A stretch of DNA of 60,118 bases from NCBI GenBank assembly GCA_041180525.1, contig JBEGRI010000001.1, forward strand, positions 1 through 60,118, given 5' to 3'. A program made the translations under genes and the position numbers. Under the pieces are notes generated by a model. That model was not told where the DNA came from, searched no databases, and saw nothing but the letters and a program-made list of their open reading frames with translations. Shown here one piece after another: positions 48,589 through 59,191 of the stretch. Position 1 is the stretch's first letter, and each line of letters starts with the position of its first letter. The stretch comes from Actinomycetota bacterium. GTDB taxonomy: Bacteria > Actinomycetota > Actinomycetes > Actinomycetales > Microbacteriaceae.

Positions 48589-50244
48589 TTGACCCCTTCG
48601 GATCTCTCAAAACACATTCTGCTGACACTCGAAAAGTTAAAGCAGAATGGCACCCTATCGGTCGAAATTGAACTACCCGAGATTATTGTTGAACGGCCAA
48701 AAAACCGCGAGCATGGCGACTGGGCAACCAATGTTGCCATGCAATTAGCTGGCAAAGCCGGATTGAACCCTAAAGATTTGGCCAACGCAATTAAGCCGTT
48801 CTTAGAGCAGGTTTCGGGTATCGAGCGGGTAGATATTGCCGGCCCAGGTTTTATCAACATTACTCTGAGCGCTCAAGCTGCGGGTGAGTTGGCCAAACAG
48901 ATTGTTCTCACAGGCAAGGAATACGGAAAAGGCGAGCTTTATCAGGGTTTGAAAATGAACCTGGAGTTTGTCTCAGCAAATCCAACTGGCCCCATACACA
49001 TCGGTGGAACTAGATGGGCAGCTGTTGGTGACTCGCTTGCCAGAATCTTTCAAGCTCAAGGAGCCAAGGTAACTAAGGAGTATTACTTCAACGACCATGG
49101 CGCTCAGATTGATCGGTTTGCTAGATCTTTATTAGCTGCAGCTAAAGGTGAGGCAACACCTGAAGATGGTTATGCAGGTGAATACATCAACCAAATTGCC
49201 AGCAAAATAGTCAAATCTAACCCAGGTTTCCAAAACCTAAGTCACGAAGATGCCATTGAACTGTTCAGATCAAACGGCGTTGAACTGATGTTTGCAGAGA
49301 TAAAAGAATCCTTAGAAAACTTTGGCGTCCACTTCGATGTTTTCTTCCACGAGAACTCACTTTACGAAACTGGAGCGGTTACTAAAGCTATCGACCGTCT
49401 CAAGGCTCTTGGTCATATTTATGAGCAGGATGGCGCAATTTGGCTTAGGTCGACTACCTTTGGTGATGACCGCGACCGAGTGGTTATTAAAAGCGATGGG
49501 GAAGCTGCATACATCGCGGGAGATCTTGCTTACTACTTAGATAAACGTGAGCGTGGTTTTGACAGAGCCATATACATGCTCGGGGCTGATCATCACGGCT
49601 ATGTTCCGAGGATGATGGCGATGTGTTCCGCCTTTGGAGATGTTCCTGGTGTGAATCTTGAAATCTTGATTGGCCAGTTAGTCAACCTTGTTCGAGATGG
49701 GCAACCGGTGAGAATGTCTAAAAGAGCTGGAACGGTTGTCAGTATGGAAGACCTAGTTGATGCTGTTGGGGTGGATGCAGCTCGATACGCACTTGCTCGC
49801 TCTTCAATAAATTCCACTTTGGATATCGATTTAGATTTACTTTCCAAGAAGACCAACGATAATCCAGTGTTCTATGTTCAATATGCTCATGCCCGAACCA
49901 AGCAAGTTGCAAATAATGCCGCTTCACTTCAGGTTGAGCAAACGGACTTCGACCCAGCACTTTTGAAGCATCCGACCGAATCAGATTTACTTGCCAAGTT
50001 GGCCCAGCTACCAGAAGTTATGAAACATTCCGCTTTGGAGCGTGCCCCGCATCACTTGGCAAGATACTTAGAAGAGGTTGCTGGCAGCTATCACCGTTGG
50101 TATGACAACTGCCGAGTGACACCGTTATCTGGTAAGCCTGTTGAGCCTATTCATCGAACCAGACTCTGGTTAAACAATGCCGCTAGCACTGTTCTAGCCA
50201 ACGGTTTAGGTTTTCTCGGTGTCAGTGCACCGGAGCGGATGTAA
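48589..50244 (+). CDS. argS: Arginine--tRNA ligase
   Basis: [45 protein letters not shown]. Confidence 0.97.
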   Translation: MTPSDLSKHILLTLEKLKQNGTLSVEIELPEIIVERPKNREHGDWATNVAMQLAGKAGLNPKDLANAIKPFLEQVSGIERVDIAGPGFINITLSAQAAGELAKQIVLTGKEYGKGELYQGLKMNLEFVSANPTGPIHIGGTRWAAVGDSLARIFQAQGAKVTKEYYFNDHGAQIDRFARSLLAAAKGEATPEDGYAGEYINQIASKIVKSNPGFQNLSHEDAIELFRSNGVELMFAEIKESLENFGVHFDVFFHENSLYETGAVTKAIDRLKALGHIYEQDGAIWLRSTTFGDDRDRVVIKSDGEAAYIAGDLAYYLDKRERGFDRAIYMLGADHHGYVPRMMAMCSAFGDVPGVNLEILIGQLVNLVRDGQPVRMSKRAGTVVSMEDLVDAVGVDAARYALARSSINSTLDIDLDLLSKKTNDNPVFYVQYAHARTKQVANNAASLQVEQTDFDPALLKHPTESDLLAKLAQLPEVMKHSALERAPHHLARYLEEVAGSYHRWYDNCRVTPLSGKPVEPIHRTRLWLNNAASTVLANGLGFLGVSAPERM

Positions 50245-50246
50245 TC

Positions 50247-51635
50247 ATGAGTGTTGAATTAAGACCCGACTGGCTAAAACTACCTAGTGATGTAAATCAG
50301 CTAGATCCGCAAATTTGGCCAAGCACTTTAGTTCGGGATACCGAAGGCGCGAGCAGCATCAACTCAGTGCCTGTTGTTGAGTTGGCACAGAAATTTGGAA
50401 CACCTTTATATGTAGTTGACAAGGATGTTTTCTTTGAAAGAGCAAAGCAGTTAAAGACGGCATTCGAATTTGCAGCAGAGAAATATCACACCTCGGTCAA
50501 GATTTACTACGCAGGTAAATCACTGCTGACTTCTGAGATTGCTCGTTGGGTTGATCAGCTTGGTATGTATTTAGATGTTTCAACTTCGGGTGAATTGGCA
50601 GTGGCTTTAGCTGGAGGAATCTCTCCAGACAAATTAGGTTTACACGGCAATAACAAATCGCATGTCGAAATCGGTAAGGCGGTAACCATCGGTTTGGGTG
50701 CTGTGGTTATTGATTCAGAAATTGAAATTGAAAGGCTAGCCTCAGCCGCAGTTGCCCAAGACACAGTTCAAGCTGTCCGCTTGCGAGTGAACACTGGCGT
50801 TCATGCTCACACTCATGAGTATCTTGCCACTGCAAGAGAAGATCAAAAATTCGGTATAGCTATAAGTGATGTTCCTAGCTTGGTTGCCAAGATTAGATCG
50901 CATAAACACCTAAAGTTTCTCGGATTACATTCGCATATCGGTTCTCAGATATTTTCAGTTGAAGGTTTTCTAGAGAATGCTAGACGAATGGTTAGCTTGC
51001 ACGCCGAGTTAAGTAAAGACGGCCAAGTTCCAGAACTCAACTTAGGTGGCGGTTTTGGAGTCAAATACACGGAAGCCGATGTTCCAGTTCCTATCGAAGA
51101 AATAGCTGAAGCAATTATTGCTACTGTTGCCTCAACTTGTCAGAGCCTCTCAGTTGCTATGCCGGTGCTAGCTTTTGAACCAGGAAGATATATTTCTGGC
51201 CCGGCAGGTATAACTATCTATAACGTCGGAACTGTTAAGGATGTTGAGCTTGCAGATGGCGGATTTAGAAAATACGTTGCCATCGATGGTGGAATGAGCG
51301 ATAACTTAAGAACTGCTCTTTATTCAGCGGATTATTCCGCTGCTTTGATTTCTAGGGAATCAGATGCCGAACCCGTGCTATCTCGTGTAGTTGGTAAACA
51401 TTGCGAATCTGGAGACATTGTGGTCAGAGACACTTTCCTTCCGGCTGATATCTATCCCAATGATCTCCTTGCTGTTGCTACCACCGGAGCCTACTGTTTC
51501 TCACTGGCTAGCAATTACAACTATGTTCAAAGACCCGCCATGGTGGCCGTTTCCAAAGGGAAAGTTGAATTACTAGTTCGAGCTGAAACCGAGTCTGATC
51601 TACTTTCGAGAGATATGAAGGCTCATCATGATTGA
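50247..51635 (+). CDS. lysA: Diaminopimelate decarboxylase
   Basis: GTPLY, YAGK, HSHIGSQ, GGGFG, EPGR, HCESGD, GAY. Confidence 0.96.
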   Translation: MSVELRPDWLKLPSDVNQLDPQIWPSTLVRDTEGASSINSVPVVELAQKFGTPLYVVDKDVFFERAKQLKTAFEFAAEKYHTSVKIYYAGKSLLTSEIARWVDQLGMYLDVSTSGELAVALAGGISPDKLGLHGNNKSHVEIGKAVTIGLGAVVIDSEIEIERLASAAVAQDTVQAVRLRVNTGVHAHTHEYLATAREDQKFGIAISDVPSLVAKIRSHKHLKFLGLHSHIGSQIFSVEGFLENARRMVSLHAELSKDGQVPELNLGGGFGVKYTEADVPVPIEEIAEAIIATVASTCQSLSVAMPVLAFEPGRYISGPAGITIYNVGTVKDVELADGGFRKYVAIDGGMSDNLRTALYSADYSAALISRESDAEPVLSRVVGKHCESGDIVVRDTFLPADIYPNDLLAVATTGAYCFSLASNYNYVQRPAMVAVSKGKVELLVRAETESDLLSRDMKAHHD

Positions 51636-52941
51636 GTATCGTCCACTAAAGATTGCTTTGCTTGGAGCTGGCTCTGTTGGCTCGCAAGTTGCAAAAATTT
51701 TGCTCGAAAATAAGCAGGAGTTGGCTAGCAGGGTTGGCGCTGAGCTGGAACTGGTTGGAGTTTTAGTCCAAGATAAGAACTCTAAGCGGGATTACAAAAT
51801 CCCAGAAGAACTGCTAACTACATCAGCTGAACCATTGATTCTCAGTGCAGATATTGTCATTGAAGTAATGGGCGGCATCGAACCTGCCAGAACATACATT
51901 CTGCAAGCACTCAACTCAGGCTGCGATGTAATAACGGCTAACAAAGCGCTTTTGGCCACCAACGGCGCAGAGCTTTTTGATGCCGCGGAACAAGTCGGCG
52001 CTCAAATGTATTTCGAGGCGGCAGTGGCAGGTGCAATCCCAATTATTCGACCCTTAAGAGAATCTCTTGCTGGAGATAAAGTCAAGAAAATTATTGGAAT
52101 TGTAAATGGTTCAACTAACTTCATCCTTGATCGAATGCATCAAACTGGCTGCTCTTTAGTCTCGGCGATTGCCGAGGCAGAACGTCTAAGTTACCTTGAA
52201 GCCGACCCAAGTCTGGACCTTGAAGGATATGACGCAGCGCAAAAGGCAGCTATTTTGGCCTCTCTCGCATTTCATACGGAAGTGCCTATCGACAAGGTAT
52301 ACCGCGAGGGGATAAATCAGATAACGGCAGACCAAGTGTCAGCTGCTAAACGTGATGGTTATGTAATAAAGCTCTTGGCTATTTGTGAAAAGCTACCGGC
52401 TAAGGCGGATCAACCTGAAGGTATATCTGTCCGAGTCTATCCGGCGATGATTCCGGATAATCATCCGCTTGCTTCTGTTCATGGTGCCTTCAATGCTGTT
52501 TTCGTTGAAGCTGAAGCCGCTGGTTCGTTGATGTTCTATGGAGCAGGAGCTGGTGGTATTCAAACTGCTTCAGCTGTAATGGGTGACCTGGTTTCGGCAG
52601 CTAAACGCCATGTTGCTGGCGGTCCAGGTTTGGCATATTCAGTTCATGCAGACTTAGAAGTCTTGAGTATGGCAAGAGTTGTAACGCGTTATCAAATCAC
52701 CATGGAGATCTCCGACCAGCCAGGTGTTCTGGCCGAAGTTGCAGATATCTTTGCAAAGCATTCTGTCTCCATCGAAACAGTTGAACAGTCAGCGAAAATG
52801 ATTGAAGCAGAGACAACGGCCTGGTTAGAAATTGGAACACATCAAGCAACCGATAGTGCACTATCGGAAGTTGTAGCGAAACTGCGTGAAACCGAAGTTG
52901 TTGAGCAAATTACTTCTGTAATCAGGGTCGAGGGGGAGTAA
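51628..52941 (+). CDS. hom: Homoserine dehydrogenase with C-terminal ACT domain
   Basis: GAGSVG, TANKAL, EAAVAG, NGSTN, EADP, GAGAG, DQPGVL. Confidence 0.96.
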   Translation: MIEYRPLKIALLGAGSVGSQVAKILLENKQELASRVGAELELVGVLVQDKNSKRDYKIPEELLTTSAEPLILSADIVIEVMGGIEPARTYILQALNSGCDVITANKALLATNGAELFDAAEQVGAQMYFEAAVAGAIPIIRPLRESLAGDKVKKIIGIVNGSTNFILDRMHQTGCSLVSAIAEAERLSYLEADPSLDLEGYDAAQKAAILASLAFHTEVPIDKVYREGINQITADQVSAAKRDGYVIKLLAICEKLPAKADQPEGISVRVYPAMIPDNHPLASVHGAFNAVFVEAEAAGSLMFYGAGAGGIQTASAVMGDLVSAAKRHVAGGPGLAYSVHADLEVLSMARVVTRYQITMEISDQPGVLAEVADIFAKHSVSIETVEQSAKMIEAETTAWLEIGTHQATDSALSEVVAKLRETEVVEQITSVIRVEGE

Positions 52942-54020
52942 TGGCTAAACAGTGGCGTGGAGTTATCGCCGAGTACTTTGAACGCCTTGATGTTGATCAA
53001 AGCACTAGCATCATTACTCTCGGTGAAGGTGGCACGCCTTTAGTTCATTCTCCAGAGCTAGCAAAGTTGTTTAAGGTTGGTGAGCTTTGGTTAAAGGTTG
53101 AAGGAATGAACCCGACCGGTTCATTTAAGGACCGTGGTATGACGGTAGCTATTTCTAAAGCGGTAAGTCACGGCGCTAAGGCGGTCATCTGTGCTTCTAC
53201 TGGAAACACTTCGGCAAGTGCTGCAGCCTATGCAGCTCGAGCGGGAATTCAGTCGGTAGTTCTAATTCCTGAAGGAAAGATTGCTCTAGGTAAGTTGGCT
53301 CAAGCTATCGCTCACAATGCCAAGATTTTGCAGGTCAGAGGCAACTTTGATGACTGTTTGGTTTTAGCTAGAGAGTTAAGTGCTAATTACCCCGTGCATC
53401 TTGTGAACTCCGTGAACCCAGATCGCCTCGAAGGGCAAAAAACTGCAAGTTTTGAAGTCTTTGATTATCTCGGCTTTGCCCCTGACTATCACGTTATGCC
53501 AGTTGGTAATGCTGGAAACTTTTCGGCTTATTTCAAGGGGTATCGGGAATTACTTGAAGATGGCTCAATCAAGCAATTGCCAAAGCAGCTTGGTTTTCAA
53601 GCCGCTGGAGCTGCACCTTTTGTTCTAGGTCACCCAGTAACAAAGCCCGAAACAATCGCAACCGCCATCAGAATAGGTAATCCTGCATCCTGGGATTTGG
53701 CTATCGAAGCCAGGAACGCTTCAAAAGGTGAGTTTGATTTAGTCAGCGATGATGAGATTCTCCAGATGCATCGCTATCTCTCAAATGAGGTTGGTGTTTT
53801 CGTTGAACCATCTTCAGCAACAGGTGCAGCTGGAATGTTGAAATTCGCGAAGCAAAATAAACTTCCGACAGATGCCAAGGTTGTAATAACTGTAACTGGA
53901 CATGGCCTTAAGGATGTTGGTTGGGCTTTGAAGGATGCCTCAGGAAATGAGATTCAGCCAACTTCGGTTAGCAATGATGCCGACGAGGTTGCAGCTTTAC
54001 TTGGTTTGGAGCACAACTGA
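52941..54020 (+). CDS. thrC: Threonine synthase
   Basis: NPTGSFKDRG, ASTGNTS, PVGNAGN, EPSSA, TGHGLKD. Confidence 0.96.
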   Translation: MAKQWRGVIAEYFERLDVDQSTSIITLGEGGTPLVHSPELAKLFKVGELWLKVEGMNPTGSFKDRGMTVAISKAVSHGAKAVICASTGNTSASAAAYAARAGIQSVVLIPEGKIALGKLAQAIAHNAKILQVRGNFDDCLVLARELSANYPVHLVNSVNPDRLEGQKTASFEVFDYLGFAPDYHVMPVGNAGNFSAYFKGYRELLEDGSIKQLPKQLGFQAAGAAPFVLGHPVTKPETIATAIRIGNPASWDLAIEARNASKGEFDLVSDDEILQMHRYLSNEVGVFVEPSSATGAAGMLKFAKQNKLPTDAKVVITVTGHGLKDVGWALKDASGNEIQPTSVSNDADEVAALLGLEHN

Positions 54021-54955
54021 TGAAGTTTGGTGAACTCGATAACCTAATTGGCAACAAGGTGGTAGTCAAGGTTCCAGCCACTACTGCAAACCTCGGTCCT
54101 GGTTTTGACACTTTAGGCTTGGCGTTATCTTTTTACGATGAGTTGGAAGTTGAAGCAGTTGATTCAAATGAGATCAGCATAAAAGTTCTGGGTGAAGGTG
54201 AAGGCGAAGTCCCAGAAGATGAGAGTAATCTCATAGTCAAATCTCTACTTCAAGTTTTTGCTGAATTACGACTTCCTGTTCCAGGTCTAAAACTCACTTC
54301 ACACAATTACATTCCACACGGCAGGGGCATGGGCTCTTCCGGCGCTGCTGTCGTTGCAGGTGTGATGGCGGCGAAAGGTTTGCTCAGCGGTATTGCTGAA
54401 ATCAGTTCGGATCAGTTATTACAATTTGCAACCAAACTAGAAGGACATCCAGATAACGTAGCACCATCATTGTTTGGTGGCCTAAACATAGTTTGGAATG
54501 ATGCAAATGGGCCAAAGCATAAGAAGCTCTTCGTGCATCGAGGTGTTTCACCTTTGGTTCTAGTTCCCAAGAACAAGATGTCAACTGAATTAGCTAGAAG
54601 TTTGCAACCAAGTTCAGTTTCACATGATGACGCAGTATTCAATCTTTCAAGATCCGCTTTGCTGGTAGCTGCGCTAACCCAGTCCCCAGAACTCTTGCTT
54701 GATGCAACCGAAGATAGGTTGCATCAGGTCTATCGCGGCTCGGCTATGCCTGAAACCGTTGAACTGATTCAAGCGCTAAGGGCTAAAGGCCATGCCGCGG
54801 TGGTTTCCGGGGCGGGACCCTCAGTCCTAGTGCTTTCCAGCGATCCTGGTCAAAGGCTCGAGGCAGCAAGGTTTTCCGCACAAAATTACCCACATTGGAG
54901 GCCTTTATTGTTGGCGGTTGATTTCAAAGGTGCTACAGTAATGGAGTACCGCTAA
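54020..54955 (+). CDS. thrB: Homoserine kinase
   Basis: ANLGPGFD, PHGRGMGSS, EGHPDN, SGAGPS. Confidence 0.96.
   Translation: MKFGELDNLIGNKVVVKVPATTANLGPGFDTLGLALSFYDELEVEAVDSNEISIKVLGEGEGEVPEDESNLIVKSLLQVFAELRLPVPGLKLTSHNYIPHGRGMGSSGAAVVAGVMAAKGLLSGIAEISSDQLLQFATKLEGHPDNVAPSLFGGLNIVWNDANGPKHKKLFVHRGVSPLVLVPKNKMSTELARSLQPSSVSHDDAVFNLSRSALLVAALTQSPELLLDATEDRLHQVYRGSAMPETVELIQALRAKGHAAVVSGAGPSVLVLSSDPGQRLEAARFSAQNYPHWRPLLLAVDFKGATVMEYR
54911..54939 (+). promoter_or_regulatory. Putative housekeeping-sigma promoter for rho, within the 3' end of thrB
   Basis: TTGGCG (54911-54916), 17-nt spacer, TACAGT (54934-54939), with extended TG at 54931. Confidence 0.55.
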
Positions 54956-55075
54956 TTCATAGCAAATTGGTATCAATCCCGTAAAAGTAACGGATCCCGT
55001 AAAACCAAGGTTTGCGGCAGGCAATCACCTCAAAGAAAACAAAATCGATTGCCAAACAAGAAAGAGTAAAAATAC

Positions 55076-56563
55076 ATGGATGAAGTCCAAAAAGAGGCTG
55101 CGCCAAAGCGATCAAGAAGAGTAACTTCAGATCAAGCAGAGGCTCCAGCCGAAACCAAAAAACCAGCTCGTGCGCGTAAGACCAGTGAGGCAGCAGAGCC
55201 AGCAGCCCAAGCTCCGGTCGTTGAGCAAAAACCACAGGAAACCTCAGAGCCTAAAACTGAGCGTCCAGCTCGTGAATACGATTCGGAAAGACCAGAGCGC
55301 CAAGGTGGTAACAACCGTAATCGTAATCGCAATCGTAATCGCAACGATCGTTTTCGGGACCGTAACCGTAACCGCGATCGTGAAGATGTTGAGCCAGAAA
55401 TTTCGCCTGATGATGTTTTGATTCCAGTAGCAGGAATTTTGGACATCCTAGATAACTACGCATTCGTTAGAACTAGTGGTTACCTTGCCGGACCAAACGA
55501 TGTTTACGTTTCTTTAGGTCAAGTCAAGAAGTATTCACTTCGTAAAGGTGATGCAGTTGTTGGTGCTATTCGCCAACCACGCGAAGGAGAGAACCAGGGT
55601 CGTCAGAAGTTCAACGCCTTAGTTCGAGTCGATTCAGTAAATGGTCAAGCACCAGAGGCAGCTTTAACTCGAGTTGAGTTCGGTAAGTTGACTCCACTTT
55701 ATCCTCAGTCAAGACTCCGACTTGAGACAGAGCCAACCAGATTAAGTACCAGAATTATTGATTTGGTAGCTCCAATTGGTAAGGGTCAGCGTGGACTGAT
55801 AGTTTCACCACCTAAGGCTGGTAAGACTTTGGTGCTTCAGGCTATCGCCAACTCAATTTCAGCTAATAATCCTGAGGTTCACCTAATGGTTGTATTGGTT
55901 GATGAGCGTCCAGAAGAAGTTACCGACATGCAGCGCACCGTCAAAGGTGAAGTTATTGCCTCAACCTTTGATCGTCCAGCTGAAGATCACACCACGGTTG
56001 CTGAACTAGCAATCGAAAGAGCCAAGCGCTTAGTTGAGCTAGGTCACGATGTTGTTGTCTTACTAGATTCGATTACTCGTCTAGGCCGTGCATACAACCT
56101 TTCAGCACCTGCTTCCGGACGTATCCTTTCTGGTGGTGTTGATTCATCAGCACTTTACCCACCGAAGCGTTTCTTCGGAGCGGCTAGAAATATTGAAGAC
56201 GGTGGATCACTTACCATCTTGGCAACTGCCTTGGTTGAGACTGGTTCGAAAATGGATGAAGTTATTTTCGAAGAGTTCAAGGGAACTGGAAACATGGAGC
56301 TACGTCTGTCTCGCCAGTTGGCAGATAAGCGTATTTTCCCTGCGGTTGATGTCAACGCTTCTGGAACCCGTCGTGAAGAGATGTTGATGAGCCCAGATGA
56401 AACCAAGATTGTCTGGAAGTTGCGTCGAGCCCTTGCTGGACTTGAGCAACAGCAGGCTCTAGAACTGGTGCTAAACCGTTTGAAGGAAACTAAGAGCAAC
56501 GTTGAATTCCTGATGATGGTGCAAAAGTCAATGCCGGTTCCGAACGGTTCAGACGGAGAATAA
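55076..56563 (+). CDS. rho: Transcription termination factor Rho
   Basis: DVYVS RNA-binding motif, [40 protein letters not shown]; N-terminal insertion. Confidence 0.98.
   Translation: MDEVQKEAAPKRSRRVTSDQAEAPAETKKPARARKTSEAAEPAAQAPVVEQKPQETSEPKTERPAREYDSERPERQGGNNRNRNRNRNRNDRFRDRNRNRDREDVEPEISPDDVLIPVAGILDILDNYAFVRTSGYLAGPNDVYVSLGQVKKYSLRKGDAVVGAIRQPREGENQGRQKFNALVRVDSVNGQAPEAALTRVEFGKLTPLYPQSRLRLETEPTRLSTRIIDLVAPIGKGQRGLIVSPPKAGKTLVLQAIANSISANNPEVHLMVVLVDERPEEVTDMQRTVKGEVIASTFDRPAEDHTTVAELAIERAKRLVELGHDVVVLLDSITRLGRAYNLSAPASGRILSGGVDSSALYPPKRFFGAARNIEDGGSLTILATALVETGSKMDEVIFEEFKGTGNMELRLSRQLADKRIFPAVDVNASGTRREEMLMSPDETKIVWKLRRALAGLEQQQALELVLNRLKETKSNVEFLMMVQKSMPVPNGSDGE
55310..55381 (+). 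repeat. Low-complexity (Asn-Arg)n coding repeat in the Rho N-terminal insertion
   Basis: aaccgtaatcgtaatcgcaatcgtaatcgc... encodes [24 protein letters not shown]. Confidence 0.85.
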
Positions 56564-57642
56564 TGTTAGCTTCAGTCCAGGCTTTGCTGGCTGAGCATGC
56601 ACAACTGCAAAGTCAACTCTCTGATGCTTCGGTTCATGCCAACCCTGCTTTGGCTAAGAAGCTTAACCGTCGTTATGCCGAACTAAATGCCATCGTCACT
56701 GCATATAACAACGTCAACTCATTACAAGAAGATTTGAATGCAGCCAAGGACATGGCTAAAGAAGATGAAGAGTTTGCAGCGGAAATACCTGTTCTGGAGC
56801 AGAAACTGCAAGATGCCAACGAGAAACTTCGTAGGCTCTTGATACCTAGAGACCCAGATGATGGCCGTGATGTGATCATGGAAATCAAAGCTGGTGAAGG
56901 TGGAGCTGAATCTGCCTTATTTGCAGCAGATCTTTTGCGAATGTATATCCAATATGCCAACAGCAAGGGTTGGAAGACAGAAATTCTGGATAAGAACGAA
57001 TCAGATCTTGGTGGTGTCAAAGACGTTCAGGTTGCTATCAAAAGCAATGCCACCGATCCAGCCGATGGAGTTTGGGCACATTTGAAGTACGAAGGTGGAG
57101 TGCACAGAGTGCAACGAGTACCGGTTACGGAAACCCAAGGTCGTATTCACACTTCAGCCGCTGGAGTATTGGTCTTTCCAGAGGTTGATGAACCAGAAGA
57201 AGTTGAGATAAACCAAAACGAAATTAGGATTGACGTCTTTAGATCTTCAGGTCCTGGCGGGCAGTCGGTTAACACAACCGATTCGGCAGTTCGTATTACT
57301 CACTTACCAACTGGAATTGTGGTTTCGATGCAGAACGAGAAATCTCAGTTGCAAAACCGCGAAGCAGCCATGCGTGTTCTTCGCGCGAGATTGCTTGCTG
57401 CTAAGCAAGAAGAAATAGAAGCTGAGCAATCTGCTGCAAGAAAATCTCAGGTTAGAACGGTTGACCGCTCGGAGCGAATCAGGACATATAACTTTCCCGA
57501 GAACCGTATCGCTGATCACCGCACAGGATATAAGGCATATAACCTGGACCAGGTCATGGATGGTGCACTCGAGCCAGTAGTCCAATCAGCGATAACTGCA
57601 GATGAAGAAGCACGTTTGGCAGCCCTCGGGGATAACGACTAA
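56563..57642 (+). CDS. prfA: Peptide chain release factor 1
   Basis: PVT motif (RVPVTE), GPGGQ, RTYNFP. Confidence 0.97.
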   Translation: MLASVQALLAEHAQLQSQLSDASVHANPALAKKLNRRYAELNAIVTAYNNVNSLQEDLNAAKDMAKEDEEFAAEIPVLEQKLQDANEKLRRLLIPRDPDDGRDVIMEIKAGEGGAESALFAADLLRMYIQYANSKGWKTEILDKNESDLGGVKDVQVAIKSNATDPADGVWAHLKYEGGVHRVQRVPVTETQGRIHTSAAGVLVFPEVDEPEEVEINQNEIRIDVFRSSGPGGQSVNTTDSAVRITHLPTGIVVSMQNEKSQLQNREAAMRVLRARLLAAKQEEIEAEQSAARKSQVRTVDRSERIRTYNFPENRIADHRTGYKAYNLDQVMDGALEPVVQSAITADEEARLAALGDND

Positions 57643-58496
57643 TGCTGCTCAAAGCAGCTCTAGCTCAAGCTAGCGAAAGTTTTGCTGAAGCTGGAATTGA
57701 GTCGAACCTGGCTGATGCAGAAATTCTTCTTGCTTTTAGCCTTGGAATAAGCAGAGCTGATTTACTTGGCAAGATTTTTCTAGCTGAACGTATCAACCAA
57801 GACCAGCTTGAAACATTCGAAGAGTTAGTTAACAAGAGGTCTCAGCGCATTCCTTTACAGCACCTGACCGGTTCAGCAGCTTTTAGATTTCTGGAACTTG
57901 AAGTGGGTCCTGGTGTTTTTATTCCCCGATTTGAGACCGAAGTTGTCACTAGCGCTGCGCTAGATCTGCTTAGAAAAAAGAATTTAGATAATCCAGTAGT
58001 AGTTGATTTAGCTACCGGTTCTGGAGCAATTGCTTTATCAATTGCGCTAGAAGTTCCAGAAGCAAAGGTATGTGCAGTTGAGCTCAGCGAAGCTGCTCTT
58101 GAATACACTAGAAAAAACTTCGCTAAATACTCGCCGGCCTCTCAGTTGGTTCAAGGCGACCTGAAAGATGCTTTCCCAGAGCTTGACGGCCAAGTAGATT
58201 TAGTTATATCCAACCCGCCATACATACCAAAAGACATGGTTCCCATTTATCCGGAAGTTCATCTACACGACCCTAGCCTTGCTTTATACGGTGGAGATGA
58301 CGGGTTAGACATAATTAGAAATGTTGAGCGGAGCGCAGCAAGATTACTGAAACCTGGTGCAGTGCTAGTAATTGAGCATGCAGATATGCAAGCCGAGGCG
58401 GTTCGGGCAATACTATTGGCTAAAGGATGGCTTGAGGTAAAAACTGGTCAAGATCTTGCCGGTCGAGACCGTATGGTCACAGCAGTAAAGCAGTAA
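57642..58496 (+). CDS. prmC: Release factor glutamine methyltransferase
   Basis: PLQH, FIPR.ETE, DLATGSG, SNPPY; follows prfA. Confidence 0.96.
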   Translation: MLLKAALAQASESFAEAGIESNLADAEILLAFSLGISRADLLGKIFLAERINQDQLETFEELVNKRSQRIPLQHLTGSAAFRFLELEVGPGVFIPRFETEVVTSAALDLLRKKNLDNPVVVDLATGSGAIALSIALEVPEAKVCAVELSEAALEYTRKNFAKYSPASQLVQGDLKDAFPELDGQVDLVISNPPYIPKDMVPIYPEVHLHDPSLALYGGDDGLDIIRNVERSAARLLKPGAVLVIEHADMQAEAVRAILLAKGWLEVKTGQDLAGRDRMVTAVKQ

Positions 58497-58510
58497 GGAG
58501 TAAGTGAGTT

Positions 58511-59191
58511 TTGCAAAAGATTTTTGACTGTTCGATTGACACGGAACTGCTTACTGGTATGCGTTTAGCCAAAGTCGCTTTAGGTAGAACTGAGCTAGCT
58601 GTAATACCGACTGACACTGTATATGGAATTGCTGCTAATGCTTTTTCAGCAGCTGCTGTTCAAGCTTTGCTTGATGCTAAAGGAAGAGGAAGACAATCAC
58701 CTCCACCAGTTTTAGTTTCATCGATAGCACAAGCTAGAGCTCTAGTTGAAACTTTCCCAGCGCCAGCCGTTAAATTAGCCGAAACTTTTTGGCCAGGAGC
58801 CCTGACGATGATTTTCAAAGCCCAACCTTCCATCGAATGGGACTTAGGTGAAACTAAAGGGACGGTTGCCTTGAGGGTTCCAGATCACAAAATTGCTTTA
58901 GCTCTAATTGAAGAGACTGGACCTTTAGCAGTTTCAAGTGCAAACCTGACTGGTCAGCCAGCAGCAACTACCTGCCAACAGGCTTTTGAATATCTGCAAG
59001 ATTCAGTTGCGGTTTACCTCGACGGTGGAAATTCACCAAAGGGCGAGGCTTCAACAATTCTTGACATGACAGATTTAGTTGAAGATGCCGAAGGTAAGAC
59101 AACGGGTAAAGTTCGAATCATTCGTCAGGGGGCATTGACCGAAGCGAAAATCCGATCGGTGCTAGGGGAGCTTTTGGAGAGCAAAAACTAA
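58511..59191 (+). CDS. tsaC: L-threonylcarbamoyladenylate synthase (TsaC/Sua5/YrdC)
   Basis: PTDTVYG, KGR, WPGALT, SSAN, STI motifs. Confidence 0.93.
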   Translation: MQKIFDCSIDTELLTGMRLAKVALGRTELAVIPTDTVYGIAANAFSAAAVQALLDAKGRGRQSPPPVLVSSIAQARALVETFPAPAVKLAETFWPGALTMIFKAQPSIEWDLGETKGTVALRVPDHKIALALIEETGPLAVSSANLTGQPAATTCQQAFEYLQDSVAVYLDGGNSPKGEASTILDMTDLVEDAEGKTTGKVRIIRQGALTEAKIRSVLGELLESKN

